This document shows, one piece after another, positions 58,156 through 64,000 of a stretch of 64,000 bases of DNA. The first letter of the stretch is position 1. Each line of letters opens with the position of its first letter. Source of the stretch: Acidimicrobiaceae bacterium. Lineage in GTDB: Bacteria; Actinomycetota; Acidimicrobiia; Acidimicrobiales; Bog-793. The stretch lies in NCBI GenBank assembly GCA_003140595.1, contig PLKG01000095.1, positions 5,694 to 69,693 of the forward strand. The letters are read 5' to 3'. Position numbers and translations under genes: made by a program. A model generated the notes under the pieces. It searched no databases. It saw only the letters and a list, made by a program, of their open reading frames with translations, and was not told the DNA's origin.

Positions 58156-59099
58156 CGCAGCCCTCCAGTGCCGAGCACCGTCCTCGCCGCTCTAAGGGGG
58201 CCGGCCTCGTCGAGCCCTGCGAGGTCTCGCGGTGCTGACTCGCCAATCGCGGCCAGGAGGTCACGCACCCTACAGGTGCCGGCGACGTCGTGGACCCTTA
58301 CGAGCCGGCATCCTCCGGCTATTCCGAGCGCCGCCGAGGCCAGCGAAGCTTCGCGGCGCTCGCCGATCTCGAGTCCCAGGAGAACCCCAAGGAAGGTCTT
58401 GTTCGAGGAGGACAGGAGCAGCGGATAGCCGAGCGAGGCAAGCCGTGCCGAGCTCTGCAACAGCAATAGGGACTGCGCGGCCGTCTTGCCGAGGTCGAGG
58501 CCGGCGTCGAGGATCACGTGTTCAGCAGGAACCCCGCTTTTTTGAGCGCGCTCCGCGCACGCGAGAAGGAAGCGTTCGACTTCGGCGACGACGTCGTCAT
58601 AGTGCGGCGCGGGGTCCGGCACCCGTGGTGAGAGCCGAATGTGGGTGGCCACCACGCTGGCCCCGGCTGCCGACGCGGCCGAGAGGTAACCGGGGTCGGC
58701 GAACCCGCTGATGTCGTTTCCGACCACGGCTCCGGCTTCGAAGCAAGCGGCGGCGACCGACGCCCGCCAGGTGTCGACAGAAATCGGCACGTCGAAGCGT
58801 TCGACAAGCGTCGCGATCACCGGCACGACGCGGTCGAGCTCCTCCTGCTCTGTGACCTCGGGCCCGGGGCCGGCCTTGACACCGCCCACGTCGAGCGCGT
58901 CGGCGCCTTCTCGGACCAGTTGCTCGGCGCGCTCATAGAAGCGGTCCAGCTCGAAGTACGAACCGCGGTCGTAGAACGAGTCCGTGGTCCGATTGAGGAT
59001 TCCGATGACCAGTGCCCTGGTCGTCAGGTCGTAGCGACGCCGACCGAGCTCGAGGAAGACGGGATGGCTTGGCCACCAGACTGAGCTGTGAGTCGGCAC
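58152..59099 (-). CDS. folP: Dihydropteroate synthase family protein, FolP2-type
   Basis: GILNRTTDSFYDRG, DVGGVKAGPG, SVDTW, SNKTF, VRVHDV; start uncertain. Confidence 0.88.
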   Translation of the reverse strand: MPTHSSVWWPSHPVFLELGRRRYDLTTRALVIGILNRTTDSFYDRGSYFELDRFYERAEQLVREGADALDVGGVKAGPGPEVTEQEELDRVVPVIATLVERFDVPISVDTWRASVAAACFEAGAVVGNDISGFADPGYLSAASAAGASVVATHIRLSPRVPDPAPHYDDVVAEVERFLLACAERAQKSGVPAEHVILDAGLDLGKTAAQSLLLLQSSARLASLGYPLLLSSSNKTFLGVLLGLEIGERREASLASAALGIAGGCRLVRVHDVAGTCRVRDLLAAIGESAPRDLAGLDEAGPLRAARTVLGTGGLR

Positions 59100-59124
59100 G
59101 CCTGGGCTCGCGGGCTCGGCAGGG

Positions 59125-59859
59125 TCAGAACAACCGAGAGGCAAGAGCCCGTCGGTACTGTTCCCGCCTCGGATCCGAGGAGTCCATCGTCTCGAGGAGG
59201 TCGACAAGCTCCTGGCGGGCCTCGTCATCGGTCTTCACCCGGTCCAACAGCGCGCCCATGTGCTCGTCGAGTGCAACCCCGCCACTTCCGCTCGTACCCA
59301 CGGGCAGCACCGGTGAGCCCGCGATCGCCAACCTGGCAAGAGCGGCGACGCGACGCGCCTCGCCGGCGTCTGGGATCTTGGCGAGCAGGTTCAGCGCGTC
59401 CTCGGGCTCACCTTTCGCGACGAGTATCTCAGCCAGGCCGACGATGGCCTCGGGACGGTCGGGCTCGAGCTCGAGCGCACGGCGCAGCGAGGGCTCGTCT
59501 CCCAGGGCGATCAGCTCGTCGGCTTGGCTCGCGGCAGGGACGAGCCGGCCCACGAAGTCGCGGATGGCAGCCTCGCCGAGCGCGCCGATGAACTGGTCGA
59601 CGACCTGGCGGTCCTTGATCGCGAACACCGCCGGGATCGACTGGACCTGGAAGCTCTGAGCGACCCTCGGGTTCTCGTCGACGTTGACCTTAACGAGCTC
59701 GACGGCGCCCGCTGTCGCCTCCACGACGCGTTCGATGACCGGGCTGAGCGTCTTGCACGGGCCGCACCACGGTGCCCACAGGTCGACGATGACCGGGACG
59801 GTTTCAGAGCGGACGAGTACGTCGTTCTCGAAGGAGACGTCGGTGGAATCCAGTGTCAT
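59125..59859 (-). CDS. Thioredoxin-TPR protein (YbbN/CnoX-like)
   Basis: WAPWCGPC, VQSIPAV, C-terminal YRRALASRLF. Confidence 0.9.
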   Translation of the reverse strand: MTLDSTDVSFENDVLVRSETVPVIVDLWAPWCGPCKTLSPVIERVVEATAGAVELVKVNVDENPRVAQSFQVQSIPAVFAIKDRQVVDQFIGALGEAAIRDFVGRLVPAASQADELIALGDEPSLRRALELEPDRPEAIVGLAEILVAKGEPEDALNLLAKIPDAGEARRVAALARLAIAGSPVLPVGTSGSGGVALDEHMGALLDRVKTDDEARQELVDLLETMDSSDPRREQYRRALASRLF

Positions 59860-59950
59860 CGATCAAAACCCTAACGGGTCGCCGACGCCCACACGCGCTG
59901 TCGTGCACGTGTTGGACGACGCCACAAGCGCACGGACGCGCCGGTCGTGG

Positions 59951-60754
59951 TTACGGAATGGTCGTCGGGGTGGCCGGAAGGGTGAACTCGCTGGCCGGCA
60001 CGCTCGTCGAGTAGCTCGTGATCTCGAAGCTGCCGTTGTCCGCCGCCGTGGCGCCCGTCCACGCGACATAGCCCAGGACGCCCTGATCTGTCACACAGAA
60101 CGTCCCGGTCCCAGTCTTTCCGGTCGGATCGGTCACCGAGACGCAGGAAAGCGAGATGCCGTTGACCGATTTCGACGAGTAGCTGACCTGTCCGCCCGAG
60201 GCTTTGGCGGCGGCCTGGAAGTAGGGAAGGTAGTAGCCGGGCTCGTACATCTTGAACAGGTCCGCCTCCGAAGCTGCTGCTCCCTCACTCAGGCACATCC
60301 CGCCGGTGCCCGATGACGTCTGTCCGCTGCAGATGTAGCTCTTCTTGCCGAGATTTACCAGCTCGAACTTGCCCGAGGAGCTGGTCCCCCCGAAGAGCGA
60401 GTCCGATCCCTGCTGAGCGATCGTGAGGCTCGTCAAGGACGTGGAGGTACCCGAGGTGACCTTGTATGTCGCGATGAAGGTCGCCTGCTGGCCGGCCTGG
60501 AACTTCGAGAGCAGACCCGAGCCCGAGGTTCCGGCCGAAGTCGTCGTCGTCGAGCTCGCAGCCGCGGTCGTTGTCGTCGTAGTCGAGCTTGTGGCAGTCG
60601 AAGTAGTCGACGTGGTCGAGCTCGCGGACGCCGTGGTGGTGGTCGTGGGTGTGCTCGAGCTGCTGCAGCCTGCCGCCACGATCGCCGCGACTGTCACCAG
60701 AGCCAAGCCTGCAGCGACGCGACTCGGCTTGATATTCCTCGCAAGTCTGATCAT
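59951..60754 (-). CDS. Lipoprotein with a Ser/Thr-rich linker
   Basis: Lipobox VAAG-C, about 45-aa S/T tract, four further Cys; SD GGGAGG. Confidence 0.8.
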   Translation of the reverse strand: MIRLARNIKPSRVAAGLALVTVAAIVAAGCSSSSTPTTTTTASASSTTSTTSTATSSTTTTTTAAASSTTTTSAGTSGSGLLSKFQAGQQATFIATYKVTSGTSTSLTSLTIAQQGSDSLFGGTSSSGKFELVNLGKKSYICSGQTSSGTGGMCLSEGAAASEADLFKMYEPGYYLPYFQAAAKASGGQVSYSSKSVNGISLSCVSVTDPTGKTGTGTFCVTDQGVLGYVAWTGATAADNGSFEITSYSTSVPASEFTLPATPTTIP

Positions 60755-60897
60755 CTGTGCCTCCCACATATCGGGCCCCCTGTTGCAGACGACGGCTGAG
60801 TTCCATGGCGACGGCTGCCGGGACCGCTTCAAATGTGTTGTGAGGCTAGCTCACCGCCGGATCCCGTGGTGATCTTTGTGCCGATAGTGTCAGCGAG

Positions 60898-63800
60898 TCA
60901 GACGACGAAGTACTTGGCCATCGGGTGGTGGCAGATGATTGCGAGCGTCGTCTGTTCGGGATGGAGCTGGAAGCCCTCGCTCACTGTGACTCCGATACGG
61001 CCGGCTTCGAGGAGGTCTACGACTTTCGCATTGTCCTCCAGATCCGGGCATGCCGGGTAGCCGAACGAATACCGGCCACCACGGTGCTGCTGGCGGAACA
61101 GACCGGTCAGCGTCGGAGCGTCCTCGTCGGCGAATCCCCACTCCTCTCGGACGCGCCGGTGCCATAGCTCGGCGACCGCCTCAGTCATTTCGACCGACAA
61201 CCCGTGCATCGCCACATACTCCCTGTAGCTGTCCGCGGCGAACAGCTCGGCCGTGCGGACCGAAGCCAGAGATCCCATCGTCACAATCTGGAATGCGGCA
61301 TAGTCGTGGTCAGAAGAGTCCACCGGCCTGAAGAAATCGGCGATGCATAGGTAAGGCTCTTTTGCTTGGCGTGGGAACGAGAAACGTTCACGCTCAGTCG
61401 TGCGGTCGTCGTCGGCGTACACGACGAGATCGTTCCCGTCGGCGTTCACCGGGAAGTAGCCCCAGACAACCTGAGGCACGAGCAAGCCTTCGGCCTTGGC
61501 CTGGTCGAGGTGCGCCCGGAGCTCGGCTCGGACACGCTCTTTGAAGTCCACGTCGGTCTCGCCCGCTTCGGGGCGATAGCCCCACTGGTTGCGGAAGAGC
61601 GCGGTCTCGTTCAAGTAGGAAGCGATGTCGTCAAGCGGTATGCCCTTGGCGACCCGGGTTCCGAGGAACGGAGGCTCGAACAGCTCGTTGTCGGTCCCGA
61701 CCTCCGGCGAGCGCGCCGGAAGCGTTGCCGGGTCGATCTCGGCCACCTGCGCGCTGCGCCGCGGGGGGAGTTTGCGGCCCGAGAGCTCGGTCCCGAAGCT
61801 CGGGTCGACCACACCGCTCCGCTTGATCTGCATCAGCCGGTCCAACAGGTGCAGGCCCTCGAAGGCGTCCTTGCCATAGAAGACACGACCTCTGTACACA
61901 GAGCGGAGGTCCTTTTCGACATAGGTGCGCGTGAGCGCCGCTCCACCCAGGATGATCGGGTACCCGGACTTGTCGAGCCGGTTAAGCTCCTCCAGGTTGT
62001 CGCGCATGATGAGCGTCGACTTCACGAGCAGGCCGCTCATGCCGATCGCGTCGGCCCCGACTTCGTCGGCTTTCGCGATCATCTCCGACACCGGCACCTT
62101 GATCCCGAGGTTGTGGACCTCGTAGCCGTTGTTGGTGAGGATGATGTCGACCAGGTTCTTGCCGATATCGTGCACGTCGCCCTTGACGGTTCCGAGAACG
62201 ATCCTGCCCCGCCCACCTGACTCGGAGCGCTCCATGTGCGGTTCCAGGTGGGCCACTGCGGCCTTCATCGTCTCGGCCGAGGCGAGCACGAAGGGCAGCT
62301 GCATCTGGCCAGAGCCGAACAGCTCTCCGACGGTGCGCATACCGGCAAGCAGCATGTCGTTGACGATGTCGAGGGCCGCGTGCCCGGCGCCGAGTGCCTC
62401 GTCGAGCTCGGCCTCGAGACCATTGCGGTCACCGTCCACGATTCGCCTTTCCAGGCGTCGCGCGACGGTCCAGCCGGAGCGATCCTCGATCGCGGAGTGT
62501 GCCGTTGCGCTTTCGCCCTCGAACGCGGCGATGAGAGCCGAGAGCGGGTCATAGCCCTCGCGGCGCCGGTCGTATATGAGATCAAGGCAGATGTCGCGGT
62601 CGGACTCGGCTATCTTGTGCAGGGGCTGGATCTTTCCGGCATGAACGATCGCGGCATCGAGCCCGGCTTGAACGCACTCGTGCAGGAAGACCGAGTTGAG
62701 CACCTGGCGGGCAGCGGGGGAGAGCCCGAAGGAGACATTCGAGAGGCCGAGCACCGTGTGCACGCCGGGCATCTCGGTCTTGATCCGCCGGATCGCCTCG
62801 ATGGTCTCGATCCCGTCCCGCCGGCTCTCCTCCATTCCAGTCGACAGTGGGAGAGCCAGTGCATCAAAGAGGAGGTCTGCCGGCTCGAGGCCGTATCGCC
62901 CGACGGCAAGGTCGTGGATGGCCTTGGCCGCACGCAGCTTCCAGTCCGCGGTGCGCGCTTGGCCGTCGGTGTCGATGCAGGTGCAGATCACCGCTGCCCC
63001 GTAGTCGCGCGCGAGCGTCAGGAAGCGATCGAGCCGGGTACCGGGGGCATCCCCATCCTCCAGGTTCACCGAGTTGAGGACGGGCCTCCCGCCTATCCAC
63101 TGGAGGGCAGCTTCGGCGACCGGAGCCTCGGTGGTGTCGATGACGAGGGGGATCGACGACTGGGTGGCAAAGCGCTGCGCCACTTCTGTCATGTCCCGTA
63201 CTCCGTCGGCGCCTGTGTAGTCGACGCACACGTCGAGCAGATGGGCGCCCTCACGAATCTGGTCGCGTGCCATCGTGACCGTGGTCTCGAAGTCGCCCGC
63301 GAGCATCGCGTCGCGGAAGCGCTTGGATCCGTTGGCGTTTGTGCGCTCGCCTATGACCAGAAACGACGCCTCCTGCTCGAACGGTGTCGCAACGTACAGC
63401 GAAGCTGCAGACGGCTCATAAACCGGCGAGCGAGGTGCGGGCACGAGATCCGCGCAGGCGGCCACGACCTTGGCGAGGTGCTCGGGGGTCGTGCCGCAAC
63501 AACCGCCGACGACCGAGACCCCCAGTTCGCGGATGAACAGGGACAGGTGTTCGGCGAGGGCGTCCGGCGTCAGGTCGTAGTGCATCTTCCCGTCGAGCAC
63601 CGACGGCAGTCCGGCATTCGGCAGCGCCGAGATCGCAGTGCGCGCCTGGCCAGACAGGAAGCGGAGGGCTTCGTACATCTCGACGGGACCGGTGGCGCAG
63701 TTCATGCCGATCACGTCGGGTCTCATCGCGTCCAGCGTGCACAGTGCCGCGCCGATCTCGGTGCCGAGCAGCATCCGGCCGGTGAGCTCGATGGTCACCT

Positions 63801-64000
63801 GCACCTGGATCGGTACCTCGCGTCCCGCGTACTGCATGGCGCGCCGGCAAGCTTGGATCGCCGCCTTGGACTGGAGCACGTCGTAGACCGTCTCGATCAG
63901 GAAGAGATCGACTCCGCCGTCGAGCAGCCCACGCGCGACTACCTCGTAGGCGTCCCGCAGGTCCTTGAAGCTCACCTGGCCGAGCGTCGGCAGCTTCGTG
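60898..64000 (-). CDS. metH: Cobalamin-dependent methionine synthase, 5' end outside the window
   Basis: GMNC, VGGCCGT, IGERTNANGS, GDVHDIGKN, SGLL, RYSFGYPACP. Confidence 0.97.
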   Translation of the reverse strand, partial: TKLPTLGQVSFKDLRDAYEVVARGLLDGGVDLFLIETVYDVLQSKAAIQACRRAMQYAGREVPIQVQVTIELTGRMLLGTEIGAALCTLDAMRPDVIGMNCATGPVEMYEALRFLSGQARTAISALPNAGLPSVLDGKMHYDLTPDALAEHLSLFIRELGVSVVGGCCGTTPEHLAKVVAACADLVPAPRSPVYEPSAASLYVATPFEQEASFLVIGERTNANGSKRFRDAMLAGDFETTVTMARDQIREGAHLLDVCVDYTGADGVRDMTEVAQRFATQSSIPLVIDTTEAPVAEAALQWIGGRPVLNSVNLEDGDAPGTRLDRFLTLARDYGAAVICTCIDTDGQARTADWKLRAAKAIHDLAVGRYGLEPADLLFDALALPLSTGMEESRRDGIETIEAIRRIKTEMPGVHTVLGLSNVSFGLSPAARQVLNSVFLHECVQAGLDAAIVHAGKIQPLHKIAESDRDICLDLIYDRRREGYDPLSALIAAFEGESATAHSAIEDRSGWTVARRLERRIVDGDRNGLEAELDEALGAGHAALDIVNDMLLAGMRTVGELFGSGQMQLPFVLASAETMKAAVAHLEPHMERSESGGRGRIVLGTVKGDVHDIGKNLVDIILTNNGYEVHNLGIKVPVSEMIAKADEVGADAIGMSGLLVKSTLIMRDNLEELNRLDKSGYPIILGGAALTRTYVEKDLRSVYRGRVFYGKDAFEGLHLLDRLMQIKRSGVVDPSFGTELSGRKLPPRRSAQVAEIDPATLPARSPEVGTDNELFEPPFLGTRVAKGIPLDDIASYLNETALFRNQWGYRPEAGETDVDFKERVRAELRAHLDQAKAEGLLVPQVVWGYFPVNADGNDLVVYADDDRTTERERFSFPRQAKEPYLCIADFFRPVDSSDHDYAAFQIVTMGSLASVRTAELFAADSYREYVAMHGLSVEMTEAVAELWHRRVREEWGFADEDAPTLTGLFRQQHRGGRYSFGYPACPDLEDNAKVVDLLEAGRIGVTVSEGFQLHPEQTTLAIICHHPMAKYFVV

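Overview
High-GC window that looks chromosomal and actinobacterial (WhiB1, PdtaS, FolP2-type, F420-dependent DDN-like and DUF3107 genes). A System I ccm operon points to Acidimicrobiia or relatives (inference). In order: a surface-polysaccharide locus (GT4s, wzm/wzt, methyltransferase-like), SpoIID, ALDH, head-to-head valS/cysS, cspA, an acyl-CoA dehydrogenase, a 14-repeat beta-propeller protein, a racemase-GNAT fusion with LysE/YbaK/Tam/GNAT neighbours, gmd, a nine-gene ccm operon, a SufR-like/cysteine desulfurase/Mrp module, dgt, a small foreign-looking Zn-finger insert, paired ArsA-like ATPases, pdtaS/whiB1, etfBA, an orphan minor-pilin cassette, MBOAT/SGNH, ppa, IMPase, holA, folP2-like, Trx-TPR, a lipoprotein and partial metH. 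I saw no rRNA, tRNA, CRISPR array or transposase. Best novelty candidates: a pseudoknotted RNA-like element coupled to an SD-sequestering hairpin (25045-25143), a Zn-finger ORF carrying two copies of one palindrome (40465-40904), the racemase-GNAT fusion, a 20-bp bidirectional valS/cysS promoter, and a sigma28-type promoter ahead of the pilin cassette. All calls are by eye, with no database searches; start codons are best estimates.
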